The translations under genes and the position numbers were made by a program. From a virus, in the IMG/VR virus record IMGVR_UViG_3300031922_000090, positions 1-64,000 of that record: a stretch of DNA of 64,000 nucleotides, one strand, 5' to 3'. The notes beneath the pieces are model-generated. The model saw only the letters and a program-made list of their open reading frames with translations. It was not told where the DNA came from and did no database searches. Position 1 is the first letter of the stretch, and each line of letters begins with the position of its first letter. Positions 18,224 to 26,192 of the stretch are shown one piece after another.

Positions 18224-19587
18224 TATGAGCCTCCTAAACGGGAAACCCCCGGACGAATAGCGGAGTATTCGTCAACAAAGAAACTGAAGGCTCCCGCGAT
18301 TGAGTCAGCCTGATCATCATGGTCGGAATCCGGAACATTCAGGATTTCATCAAACCAATCTGCCTGCCAGTGACCATTGCACACATATACATTTCCCTCC
18401 CGGCATTGCGCCGCAAAAGGCATCCAGCGCGCAAGTTTACTTCCGGACGATGGAATCCCCCGCACGTCCCACCCTGCGAGAAGGCGCACGTAAGAAGCGA
18501 TCAAACTTTTTCCAGATGCGCCCGGCTCTTGTTCAATTCGTATTCTCACTTGTCGAGTATCTAACCGTGCAGTGGAATAGATTTTTTCTTCAACATCGCC
18601 CGGATTAAGACGGAATCGCTGCACATCTTCCACATAGTATCTTCCGGAGCGATCTCTCGCTAAGAGTGTTCCAACAGTATAATCCGGATCCCTTCCGGCC
18701 TTCGGGGCAGTTGCCGCTAGATCCCAGTATCGGACCCTGAAATAAGCTGTGCCTCCGGAAGCGGACGGAGCTTTATCTATAATGCGTCCTTCGAACCATT
18801 CGCGCTTGAAAATTGAGCCTTCCCGGACGGCATCCCAATCCCCCGATTCCCGTTGTTTCCGGGTTACCGGATCAAGCATAGCGAGAGACGCACGATAAGC
18901 CCGCGCATCCAAGGAAGGGTTATCGTCCAGTGTTGCTGGTACGAAAAAGCGGTCTTTCGTCGCGGAGCCGGGAACGATGAAGCGATTCTTCACCCATACG
19001 TGCCCAACGCCTCCCGGATTGGTCGCTGAACGCATCCGGAGCGGAATTGTCGTGTTTTTCAAACGCCGAAGACGCCCGAAAAGAAAACGATATTGTTCTT
19101 CCTGAAAATGTGTAAGTTCATCAAAACCAATAAGCTGAAATGCCGGTCCGTCGTATTGGTAAACATCCTTGAAGTACTGTAGATAACCAAACTGCAAAGA
19201 TGCTCCTGAAGGAAAAACGTAGCGGTTGTTTCCGGCCTCCCACGTCGCATCGGTTCCGCGAAGCCACATATGCGCCCGGTCAAGAATCGAATCCGCTTTC
19301 GTTAACTGCCCGTAAGTCCGGCGAAGAAGTAAAGCAGCATAACCTGGAACATCAGCATATTGAAGCGCAGCCATGAGAAGCGCGTCGCTTTTCCCCCCAC
19401 CAGCGGCTCCCCCATACATACCCTCTAATTTATCGATTAGGAGAAAAGCTGCTTGTTTTGGGTGCGGTTTGTGCTTCCAATAACGATTTGCGCGCGGCAT
19501 CGTAAGGGTACGGAGAGACGGTATTTTCTTTGCCTGCTCTGTCCAGTACCTAGTAAGTTTTGGATCAATTACGTTAGATGCCGACAT
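18223..19587 (-). CDS. terminase large subunit
   Basis: Walker A GGAAGGGKSDAL, Walker B-like LIGFDELTHF, C-terminal nuclease-type region. The start is trimmed to MSASNVIDPK (ATG 19587) because the longer ORF overlaps thyX and a terminator. Confidence 0.9.
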   Translation of the reverse strand: MSASNVIDPKLTRYWTEQAKKIPSLRTLTMPRANRYWKHKPHPKQAAFLLIDKLEGMYGGAAGGGKSDALLMAALQYADVPGYAALLLRRTYGQLTKADSILDRAHMWLRGTDATWEAGNNRYVFPSGASLQFGYLQYFKDVYQYDGPAFQLIGFDELTHFQEEQYRFLFGRLRRLKNTTIPLRMRSATNPGGVGHVWVKNRFIVPGSATKDRFFVPATLDDNPSLDARAYRASLAMLDPVTRKQRESGDWDAVREGSIFKREWFEGRIIDKAPSASGGTAYFRVRYWDLAATAPKAGRDPDYTVGTLLARDRSGRYYVEDVQRFRLNPGDVEEKIYSTARLDTRQVRIRIEQEPGASGKSLIASYVRLLAGWDVRGIPSSGSKLARWMPFAAQCREGNVYVCNGHWQADWFDEILNVPDSDHDDQADSIAGAFSFFVDEYSAIRPGVSRLGGS

Positions 19588-19639
19588 AGTCGTTTTACTG
19601 ACTAGCGGAGCCCCCGCCCGATATCCCGATCTGCCTTTA

Positions 19640-19647
19640 ATTATACC
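19640..19647 (-). promoter_or_regulatory. GGTATAAT element, candidate promoter -10 for the packaging/structural operon
   Basis: The minus strand reads CCGGTATAATTAAAGG. It lies just after the thyX hairpin and 52 nt upstream of the TerL ATG. No TTGACA-like -35 is seen. Confidence 0.4.
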
Positions 19648-19653
19648 GGAATC

Positions 19654-19693
19654 AATGAAATAGGGGTGATCCTCCCGGAGGAGAATCACCCCT
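19654..19693 (-). terminator. intrinsic terminator-like hairpin after thyX
   Basis: 13-bp stem (one G-U) GGGGTGATTCTCC/GGGAGGATCACCCC with loop TCCG, followed by a weak U tract ATTTCATT. Confidence 0.5.
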
Positions 19694-19718
19694 ACCTCAA
19701 TCCGATAATTACAGGATG

Positions 19719-20678
19719 CTAAACCTTCGGATAGCGCACGTCTACATACCTCCCGCGCAAATCGGATAGTGCCAGTTGGACGTCGGCGAAAAGCAGCGGA
19801 CAAACAACCTGAAAAATTTTCGCAACCCGAAGCGCAAGACCGCGAATTTCCGTTTCAGCGTGAAGAGACCCGCGCATATTCAGGAAGTGTCGCCACGCTC
19901 GAAGATTTGCTGAAACTACGATTGGAGCTTCAGCCTCATTCGGCAGTATGGCGCGGGCAACCTGATTGACCATCTTACGGAGATCCGCTTTCGAGCCGAA
20001 AGCGTCTCCGAAATTATCAATCAGCTTTTCCTGTTTCTTCTTTAGTATTTCCGCAATCCGTTCATAGTCTGAAACAAGAAAATCAATCCGCTCCTTAAAC
20101 TCCTCAAATAGAACGGGGTCATCTGAGAATTCGGGACGGCAAACAAACCGGAGTTTGGTCCCATCGACGTAACGTTGCGACACCTGAGAAAAGCTGAATC
20201 CAGCGCGATGCCGCACCAATTCATGGGTCAAAGACCGAGAGATGCCATAAAACAGGAAAGAAAATTGCGCGTGCTCCAGAACCGAACCATGACCTGAAGA
20301 CAGGATATTCTCGAAGTACTGAGCGGCGCTCGCATTCGGCGATCTTTTTGGACCGAAACTCAGGTAACAGAGTTGTCCGGCAAACTTCGTTAGCGTTTCG
20401 GCGTCGGGCAGGGTAGTAGGATCCCGCGCGTAATCGTCAAATTGAAGCCCCGGATCATAGTTATCAAGAAAGCCGGAGTAAACCTCGGACAGGTTAACCC
20501 GTGGCTGCGCAATCAGGACGACGCCCGGCTCCGTAAGATAAGGGGTCTTCTGAAGCGTCTCGTAGACATCGGCGTGAATCGCCGGAAACGCCCCGTCCAA
20601 TTTTTCATTCCCGGTCTTTTCGAAAAGTTCGAGTTGACTATAGTTCTGCACAACTTCTCCTTTCAAAAAAGTCTCCAT
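19719..20678 (-). CDS. thyX: flavin-dependent thymidylate synthase ThyX
   Basis: ThyX signature ELVRHRAGFSFSQVSQRY, 319 aa. Confidence 0.9.
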   Translation of the reverse strand: METFLKGEVVQNYSQLELFEKTGNEKLDGAFPAIHADVYETLQKTPYLTEPGVVLIAQPRVNLSEVYSGFLDNYDPGLQFDDYARDPTTLPDAETLTKFAGQLCYLSFGPKRSPNASAAQYFENILSSGHGSVLEHAQFSFLFYGISRSLTHELVRHRAGFSFSQVSQRYVDGTKLRFVCRPEFSDDPVLFEEFKERIDFLVSDYERIAEILKKKQEKLIDNFGDAFGSKADLRKMVNQVARAILPNEAEAPIVVSANLRAWRHFLNMRGSLHAETEIRGLALRVAKIFQVVCPLLFADVQLALSDLRGRYVDVRYPKV

Positions 20679-21004
20679 TGCATAAGTTTCTGTTTCCGGT
20701 TCTTTACCGGAGGTGAAGCCGGAGCCGGAGCCGGAGATTGTTCCGACTTCTTCCGAACCTCTAAAGTTGGAACATGCGTTACGTGTACGGCTAACTGAGG
20801 ATAGACATTAAACCTGTGCTTTCGTGCAAGCGCGAGCCCCTCTTCTATTACCTCCTCAAATTTTCCCGGTCCGGTTTTCAGCGTACCGGCGCGGAATAAC
20901 CAACGATCTTTACCCGAGCCGTGGGAAAGAGGAGTCATCGAACATGGAATCCCGCGCGGGATCTCCCGGACAACGCGATTCCAAAGTTCAGCGGTAGGTA
21001 GCAT
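20663..21004 (-). CDS. hypothetical protein
   Basis: 113-aa ORF in an operon-like tight array. Its end overlaps the thyX start. Confidence 0.4.
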   Translation of the reverse strand: MLPTAELWNRVVREIPRGIPCSMTPLSHGSGKDRWLFRAGTLKTGPGKFEEVIEEGLALARKHRFNVYPQLAVHVTHVPTLEVRKKSEQSPAPAPASPPVKNRKQKLMQWRLF

Positions 21005-21010
21005 CGGGAA

Positions 21011-21145
21011 CTACTGGTAGAGGTTTGTCTTCGGATAGGTAGGCTCTTTCGGAGGTGTGGACGTGGGCTTCCGCGCAATCCAAGCAAGCGCAAGTACGAA
21101 GATCGCGCCGAACAGCCAAGGACCGATCTCAAGATACAGACTCAT
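21011..21145 (-). CDS. small predicted membrane protein (44 aa; below the ORF-track cutoff)
   Basis: Hand-translated MSLYLEIGPWLFGAIFVLALAWIARKPTSTPPKEPTYPKTNLYQ. The ATG overlaps the MazG stop (ATGA). One hydrophobic helix. Confidence 0.35.
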   Translation of the reverse strand: MSLYLEIGPWLFGAIFVLALAWIARKPTSTPPKEPTYPKTNLYQ

Positions 21146-21717
21146 TCTGATTTCACCTCCGTAAGATTAGTCTCAAGCGCGGCACGCTCGGCTTCGGCGT
21201 CCCGCTCAATTGCCTCCTGCTCTGAGAATTTTTCCGGATACCGGACACGAAGCTTAGCGATGTTCGCCTCCAGAATACCTTCCGGATCCACCCCAAGAAC
21301 ATCAAAAATTAAGGCATTGTACCAAGCGTCGTCTCCCATTTCCTCCGCGATGTTAACCCGGTCGAGCAGCTTTCCCTCACGAACATAGCTGAGCAATGCC
21401 TCGACGAGTTCGCCGACCTCCGTCATCTTTCCCAGTAGGCCGTGTACCAGACGGACGATATCCGGTTCGTTGAGCCGGATAACTTGGGTGCTATCGGCGT
21501 AAGCACCCGGTATCAGGAGCGAACGGAAACCCTTCTCCGGATCCTTCCCGTAGATCACTGCCCGCTTCCAGCGATTGGTGAGTTCGCCAAGGTGGACGAT
21601 CTGATTCAGCAGAAGCAAAAAACTTTTCGCTTCGTTCGATCTGGTCAAGCGCGAAACATACCGCGTGTAGTCAGCCTCGGTCCGAATAGCGGCAGAAACA
21701 TAGTCCTTCAATGTCAT
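21142..21717 (-). CDS. MazG-like nucleoside triphosphate pyrophosphohydrolase
   Basis: KMTEVGELVEAL...AEEMGDDAWYNALI...NIAKLRVRYPEKF, the MazG/all-alpha NTP-PPase signatures. Confidence 0.75.
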   Translation of the reverse strand: MTLKDYVSAAIRTEADYTRYVSRLTRSNEAKSFLLLLNQIVHLGELTNRWKRAVIYGKDPEKGFRSLLIPGAYADSTQVIRLNEPDIVRLVHGLLGKMTEVGELVEALLSYVREGKLLDRVNIAEEMGDDAWYNALIFDVLGVDPEGILEANIAKLRVRYPEKFSEQEAIERDAEAERAALETNLTEVKSE

Positions 21718-21887
21718 CTGGACTCCTTCAGAATTTTTTCGATCTCAACCGTTGTGCGAGCATCATGTATCCGCACCCATGCCCAGTACTTTGGTATCCC
21801 CCATAGTGCAAGGATCAATAGGATGACCGTCAGAAGACAGCCCCAAAATGCAATTTTCTGACGGTCGAGGTAGAGGATTTCCGGCAT
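21714..21887 (-). CDS. small membrane protein
   Basis: MPEILYLDRQKIAFWGCLLTVILLILALWGIPKYWAW... has one TM helix. Start set at ATG 21887, 9 nt after a CGTATAAC motif, because the longer ORF overlaps the upstream gene. Confidence 0.4.
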   Translation of the reverse strand: MPEILYLDRQKIAFWGCLLTVILLILALWGIPKYWAWVRIHDARTTVEIEKILKESR

Positions 21888-21896
21888 ACATCTTCT

Positions 21897-21904
21897 GTTA
21901 TACG
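21897..21904 (-). promoter_or_regulatory. CGTATAAC motif (candidate -10-only promoter element)
   Basis: The minus strand reads GGCGTATAAC. It overlaps the stop of 21898..22383, 9 nt before ATG 21887. Confidence 0.35.
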
Positions 21905-22383
21905 CCAACTTTACGCTTCGCGGAAGCCCGGCGCGGAGCGTCCGTCGAAGGGGCATACGTCGGCCCGTAGATCAGTTCTCCGGCGTCGGAACCGTGCTTC
22001 CCTTCGCGCACATACTGACGGATTGTCCCATCAACCGAGATAACACCACTATCATGCTGTGCCCCTTTGTTGCGGACGATGCACACGCCACGACGCAAAG
22101 TCATTGCAGCCCGATTCTTCCCGTCATGACGCTCGAAGTCGATCTCCCATCCGTGTTTTTGCGCCCAAGAATAGCTAATGCTGAGCGGGTGGCACGAAAC
22201 GTAATCGAGATGCTCCGGCAGCACGCGCTCCCGGCGTTGCGAGTCCCAGTCCGTCTTCGTCCGCGTCAAAAGTTCGGCAAACACCCTCCCGCGATTCAGC
22301 TTACCCGGACGATGCCCTGTGACGTGAATGTAGGCCAGCGCAGCGTCGAGCATGTTTTCCTGAACGATTGTGAGATGCTTCAT
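21898..22383 (-). CDS. hypothetical protein
   Basis: 161-aa ORF with no recognised motif. Confidence 0.45.
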   Translation of the reverse strand: MKHLTIVQENMLDAALAYIHVTGHRPGKLNRGRVFAELLTRTKTDWDSQRRERVLPEHLDYVSCHPLSISYSWAQKHGWEIDFERHDGKNRAAMTLRRGVCIVRNKGAQHDSGVISVDGTIRQYVREGKHGSDAGELIYGPTYAPSTDAPRRASAKRKVGV

Positions 22384-22386
22384 GAT

Positions 22387-22839
22387 CTAGTACTCCTTAT
22401 CTTTCTGAGGATCAAAGCCCTCGGTTGTGCGCCCGGCAGTGGTGAACTTTCGGGGATTGTCAAGATAGAATTGGGCGCGTTCCAGGATCAACCGGCCCAC
22501 GGGAGACGGTTTCGCCCTTACAGCTTCGTGAAAAATATCACGCGAGGTGAGCACTGCCTGTGCCAGTGCCTGTGATTGCGGGCGTACTGTGAACCGTACC
22601 CGTCGGCCAGCGTACCCTAACCGGGCGGGGCGGGCATCGATTACAGCGGCAATCGGACGGATGCCGGTATCGTTCGCAGCGGCGGCAAGCGCTAAGCGTC
22701 CCTGTTCCGCTAAGGTGTCCCGGAGCCCGGAACCGGATGTGACGAAAACCAGCGTCTTGCGCGGAAGCGCGTGTGCGCCGTTGCTGTACCGGTGCTCTAC
22801 CGTGATCCAAGCCATATACCGATCATTCTTTTTTGTCAT
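22387..22839 (-). CDS. hypothetical protein
   Basis: 150-aa ORF with a tight 3-nt gap to the next gene. Confidence 0.45.
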   Translation of the reverse strand: MTKKNDRYMAWITVEHRYSNGAHALPRKTLVFVTSGSGLRDTLAEQGRLALAAAANDTGIRPIAAVIDARPARLGYAGRRVRFTVRPQSQALAQAVLTSRDIFHEAVRAKPSPVGRLILERAQFYLDNPRKFTTAGRTTEGFDPQKDKEY

Positions 22840-22848
22840 TGCTGCCCC

Positions 22849-23106
22849 CTATGTCCGGCGCAAAAGCGATCTGGAAACCTTCTTCGGCTTCTTCCGCCCG
22901 GCGGCTTTCTCCGCGCGTACCCGCTCAGCTTCCTTCTTCGCTGCGAGGTGAAAGATCGCCTCATAGCTCACATCGTAGCTTTGATGCCGGCCCTTCTCCC
23001 GGATGCGCAGGAAGAAAGATCTGAGTTCGACCATGAGGTTCCGGCCCTGAATTTCGCCGAGCGTCTCCCGGCGTGTTACAGCGTCCACTTTGGCAAGTTT
23101 TGTCAT
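22849..23106 (-). CDS. hypothetical protein (basic, coiled-coil-like)
   Basis: 85-aa ORF with its own consensus promoter at 23128-23156 and a GAGAGG SD. Confidence 0.5.
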   Translation of the reverse strand: MTKLAKVDAVTRRETLGEIQGRNLMVELRSFFLRIREKGRHQSYDVSYEAIFHLAAKKEAERVRAEKAAGRKKPKKVSRSLLRRT

Positions 23107-23127
23107 GACGGCTTACCTCTCAATTAT

Positions 23128-23156
23128 AGGATACAGCTTCCCGAAGAAGTTGTCAA
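23128..23156 (-). promoter_or_regulatory. sigma70-type promoter TTGACA-N17-TATCCT with CTTC..GAAG spacer palindrome
   Basis: The minus strand reads TTGACAACTTCTTCGGGAAGCTGTATCCT with an A/T-rich upstream tract. 21-nt leader to ATG 23106. Confidence 0.6.
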
Positions 23157-23197
23157 CAGTTTTCTCCATGCCCGGTAAAAAATTTTCACGGCTCCGC

Positions 23198-23491
23198 TTA
23201 CACCGGGTACTTGAAGCCCTTCACGGTGGCGCGGCGGTAGATCATCGCTACCCGTTGCCCGCTAATGCCGATGAAACGTCCAATCTCCCGGTACGAAAAC
23301 CCGGCGTGCTTCCACTGGACGATACGCTCGTAGATCGCGTTCCGGTCCCCGTACCGTGCCACGCCATGACAGGCGATGCAACAGAAGACCCGCTCGTTTT
23401 CAGCAATGGTTTTTCGCCGGAACACCCGCTTACAAGCCGGGTTCCCGCAAACATGCGTATCCGGACGATCTTTGACAGAGATACCTGACAT
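23198..23491 (-). CDS. Zn-ribbon plus HTH (sigma region-4/LuxR-like) DNA-binding protein
   Basis: CGNPACKRV...CCIACH cysteine cluster, then FSYREIGRFIGISGQRVAMIYRRA HTH. Confidence 0.5.
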   Translation of the reverse strand: MSGISVKDRPDTHVCGNPACKRVFRRKTIAENERVFCCIACHGVARYGDRNAIYERIVQWKHAGFSYREIGRFIGISGQRVAMIYRRATVKGFKYPV

Positions 23492-23503
23492 TATTTCTCC
23501 TTT

Positions 23504-23884
23504 TTAGACTACAGGGCGCACTTTCTGCGGCTTAGTACGCCAGTCACAGGCGTTGAAGACTTGAAGCCGGTTAATGAGGAAGACAACGATATCTACCTCC
23601 TCCGAAGGCTTCAGGGTAACAACCGAAAGCGACTCCGGAAGGATCTCCAGAAACTTCGCCATTTCTTCGTCATCCTCCGGAAAAAGCTGCACAACGGCGT
23701 AGCCGGGTTCGACTAAACCGCAAAAAATACCCCGCTTACCCCTGTAAGCTTGGGACTCCGGCTCTGTACCGTAGAACGCACTGATTTCGACCACGGTTCC
23801 GGTTTCGATGATGCGCACACCTGGCTCACCGAAAGAACCTTCCGGATCAAAGCGGCGCATGACAGCCAAAATTGGATTAGACAC
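23504..23884 (-). CDS. hypothetical protein
   Basis: Start set at GTG 23884 (AAGGAGG SD 5 nt upstream). The longer ORF to 24034 has no SD. Confidence 0.4.
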   Translation of the reverse strand: MSNPILAVMRRFDPEGSFGEPGVRIIETGTVVEISAFYGTEPESQAYRGKRGIFCGLVEPGYAVVQLFPEDDEEMAKFLEILPESLSVVTLKPSEEVDIVVFLINRLQVFNACDWRTKPQKVRPVV

Positions 23885-24053
23885 TTGAACCTCCTTGAAA
23901 ATTCTGGGAGAGAGCCGACTTACCCTCTCTCCCTCCCGGCCCGCGCCGTAGCTTTCGGATCTATGGCTACTTGCTACGGCTTCACGGACCCGGCTTCGCG
24001 GCTTACCTCCTCCCGCTCCTCCTAGGAGGAGCAAGACGTATCCGCCCGGAACC

Positions 24054-24365
24054 CTAAAGAAATCGAACGTCCTTCAGGGAAATCGAAGTCGCAATCCTGT
24101 TTAACATCGACCACCCGAAATGAATCTCCTTCCCGGCCAGCGGTCCGAATTCGATAGGCTCGCCCTTCGGATCCACGAGAGCAAGTTCACCCTGTGCGAA
24201 CGCGACACCAAGTTTCCGCTTTTGCGTCTTCAGGATGAGAGCCAAAGAGTACCTCTCGGAATGCCCGCGATACTGCGGGTAAGCGCTCATTTGCGCTTCG
24301 GCCCGCGCCCGTAAAGAAGCGAGAAGGTCCGCTTTTTCCATTGCGCTGAAGTTGTGCTTTGTCAT
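24054..24365 (-). CDS. hypothetical protein, predicted leaderless mRNA
   Basis: 103-aa ORF. The ATG lies exactly 6 nt after the -10 of the promoter at 24372-24400. Confidence 0.5.
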   Translation of the reverse strand: MTKHNFSAMEKADLLASLRARAEAQMSAYPQYRGHSERYSLALILKTQKRKLGVAFAQGELALVDPKGEPIEFGPLAGKEIHFGWSMLNRIATSISLKDVRFL

Positions 24366-24371
24366 GACTCC

Positions 24372-24400
24372 AGTTTAGCGCTTCCTGAAGAAGCTGTCAA
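24372..24400 (-). promoter_or_regulatory. sigma70-type promoter TTGACA-N17-TAAACT with GCTTC..GAAGC spacer palindrome
   Basis: The minus strand reads TTGACAGCTTCTTCAGGAAGCGCTAAACT, then GGAGTC, then ATG. Confidence 0.6.
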
Positions 24401-24457
24401 TAATTCTTTCAACTTTTTTTACGGACAACGAGACAGTGCCGGAGATACTGGTCATTC

Positions 24458-24802
24458 CTATCGAGCATAACTTCGTACCCGCGCGATCTCCGGCAGATCG
24501 GCTCCAAGCTGAAAGGCTGCGCAGCGGGCATCCTCCGCTTGCTCATCCGAAAGCCATGCCGATAGATGGTTCATCGCCTCGGAACACAGCGCATGAACGC
24601 TATTCTGCATTGCCTTGTAGACAATTTCGGCCAGAAGGTTCATAACCGGATGCAGGCGCTCGGGGTGCGCCCGAAGCAGCCACCAGAGCCTCCACGCGGG
24701 ATGTGGGCAGGTAGCCCACGCCTCCGGCGCATAGCAACGGTGTGCCCAAGTCACCATCGACTCAGGAGCCCCGGCGTAGTGAAAGTAAGCTGCCAAACTC
24801 AT
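24458..24802 (-). CDS. hypothetical Trp-rich protein (weak paralog of 44036..44560)
   Basis: 114 aa. EAWATCPHPAWRLWWLL resembles SAWRECSRPDWMLGW in the 44-kb gene. Confidence 0.45.
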   Translation of the reverse strand: MSLAAYFHYAGAPESMVTWAHRCYAPEAWATCPHPAWRLWWLLRAHPERLHPVMNLLAEIVYKAMQNSVHALCSEAMNHLSAWLSDEQAEDARCAAFQLGADLPEIARVRSYAR

Positions 24803-24820
24803 GTTCCTGTCCTTTCCTGT

Positions 24821-25321
24821 TCAAAACGTCTTCTTCAAAAACTCGGTAGCTCCCTGCGCTCCGAAAACTTCTTCAATCTCGGCGTGCCACTCAGCGAGAG
24901 TCCAGTTGCCCGTCTGAAGAAAACGGACAGTGGCCGTATTCCGGAAAAACCAGCCATCGGCGGATTGCCCGACACAGGACGGACGGCCCGTAAGGCGGTT
25001 TGCCTCCGGTAAGGGATGCGTTTCTCCGGCCCGGCAAGCCTGAATCGCAACCCGGAGAAAGCGCTCCCAAGCTACGGCAGAAAACTTCCAGAACACTCCG
25101 GATTCTTCCACGTAAACAGGCAGAATCGAACGGGTTCCGATGCGGTTATCCCCGTCCATTCGTTTTTTCCGGTCGGCGGACTCGAACCCGGCTTGAATCC
25201 AATCATTCACCATCGCGTACTTCGGCAGTACCGCAATCTCGTCGAAGCGAAGGCCGCAACGGGAAGAACTGGAGCCCACGTTGTGCCAGTGGGTTTTGTT
25301 GGACATCAGCGTCGTTTTCAT
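24821..25321 (-). CDS. hypothetical protein
   Basis: 166-aa ORF with promoter 25340-25368 and a GAGGA SD. Confidence 0.5.
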   Translation of the reverse strand: MKTTLMSNKTHWHNVGSSSSRCGLRFDEIAVLPKYAMVNDWIQAGFESADRKKRMDGDNRIGTRSILPVYVEESGVFWKFSAVAWERFLRVAIQACRAGETHPLPEANRLTGRPSCVGQSADGWFFRNTATVRFLQTGNWTLAEWHAEIEEVFGAQGATEFLKKTF

Positions 25322-25339
25322 TTTCTCGTCCTCAATTAA

Positions 25340-25368
25340 AGAGTAGCAGTTCCGGAGGAAGTTGTCAA
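25340..25368 (-). promoter_or_regulatory. sigma70-type promoter TTGACA-N17-TACTCT with TTCC-TCC-GGAA spacer palindrome
   Basis: The minus strand reads AAACCTCTTGACAACTTCCTCCGGAACTGCTACTCT. 26 nt are identical to the promoter at 25861-25889. Confidence 0.6.
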
Positions 25369-25378
25369 GAGGTTTCTT

Positions 25379-25420
25379 AAAAAAATCGCGTCCCCCGAGG
25401 TGAGCGGGTTACCCCGCTCA
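25379..25420 (-). terminator. terminator-like hairpin plus T7 tract
   Basis: TGAGCGGG-GTAA-CCCGCTCA is an 8-bp stem right after the stop of 25426..25854. The T7 run is 15 nt further on, so spacing is atypical. Confidence 0.4.
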
Positions 25421-25425
25421 GCCTG

Positions 25426-25854
25426 CTACTTAACCTCCGTAATCGTGACGTTGCGGAAGCCTTTCGACACAATCTCGTCCCGAAACGCAATCGCAAGATC
25501 CAATCGAGACCTCCACCCATGGACCCGCCCCTGCCCGGTTTCCTCCTCCTTGGCATACGTCGCGGCAACAGTCTGGTAACACTTCTCGATTGCTTTGTGT
25601 ACCTCGGGAAAGCGCGCGGCCTCCATTTGATACCACTCCAACGATTCACCGTGGCTCGGAACCGGCAACGCTCCGGACGCGATGTCGGCATAGTACTCGT
25701 AGTTCTCTATTTTCCGGGCAAGCTCAAGCTGCCGACGCCTCTCCAGCGTGGCGGCTTCGATGCCCCTTGAAGTGATCACGTACTTGTACTCACGGCTCGT
25801 CCGGCGTGAGAAAGTGCCATTCGGCGTCGAAACGGTCAGTTTGATTGTCTTCAT
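25426..25854 (-). CDS. hypothetical protein, predicted leaderless mRNA
   Basis: Start at MKTIKLTV (ATG 25854), 6 nt after the -10 of promoter 25861-25889. The N-terminal extension in the ORF track runs through that promoter. Confidence 0.5.
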   Translation of the reverse strand: MKTIKLTVSTPNGTFSRRTSREYKYVITSRGIEAATLERRRQLELARKIENYEYYADIASGALPVPSHGESLEWYQMEAARFPEVHKAIEKCYQTVAATYAKEEETGQGRVHGWRSRLDLAIAFRDEIVSKGFRNVTITEVK

Positions 25855-25860
25855 GCGATC

Positions 25861-25889
25861 AGTGTACCTCTTCCGGAGGAAGTTGTCAA
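25861..25889 (-). promoter_or_regulatory. sigma70-type promoter TTGACA-N17-TACACT with CTTCC-TCC-GGAAG spacer palindrome
   Basis: The minus strand reads TTGACAACTTCCTCCGGAAGAGGTACACT, then GATCGC, then ATG. Confidence 0.6.
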
Positions 25890-26156
25890 GAGGTTTCCTA
25901 AGAAAATTTCGTCCCGTACCCGGCAGGTAAGCCGGGACGGGAGAAGAGGAGAGCGATACGGGAGAGGCGCTCAAGCGCGATGTCGAGGCAGGAAGCCAGT
26001 TCACCGTCAGCAACTTCCAGTGAAGAAACGTTGTTTTCCGGCTCCGGGAAGATCCGGAAAAAAGCAGTGTCGGCTTTGTGGACTGAGGGGCGGATGAGCA
26101 CAAAGAAAAAACGATACTGCTCACCGTCGGTTAGCTGGTAGGGTTTCCATGCTTCT

Positions 26157-26186
26157 AGTATCCTACGCTCCGGAGGAACTTGTAAA
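26157..26186 (-). promoter_or_regulatory. weaker member of the same promoter family (TTTACA-N18-GATACT)
   Basis: The minus strand reads TTTACAAGTTCCTCCGGAGCGTAGGATACT, then AGAAGC, then ATG. That ATG opens only 9 codons. Confidence 0.35.
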
Positions 26187-26192
26187 CTAGGT

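Noticed and set aside
18223-19803. Full 526-aa TerL ORF starting at 19803
   Set aside because: The extension overlaps thyX by 85 nt and runs through the thyX terminator hairpin and the GGTATAAT box. ATG 19587 gives a normal TerL N-terminus.
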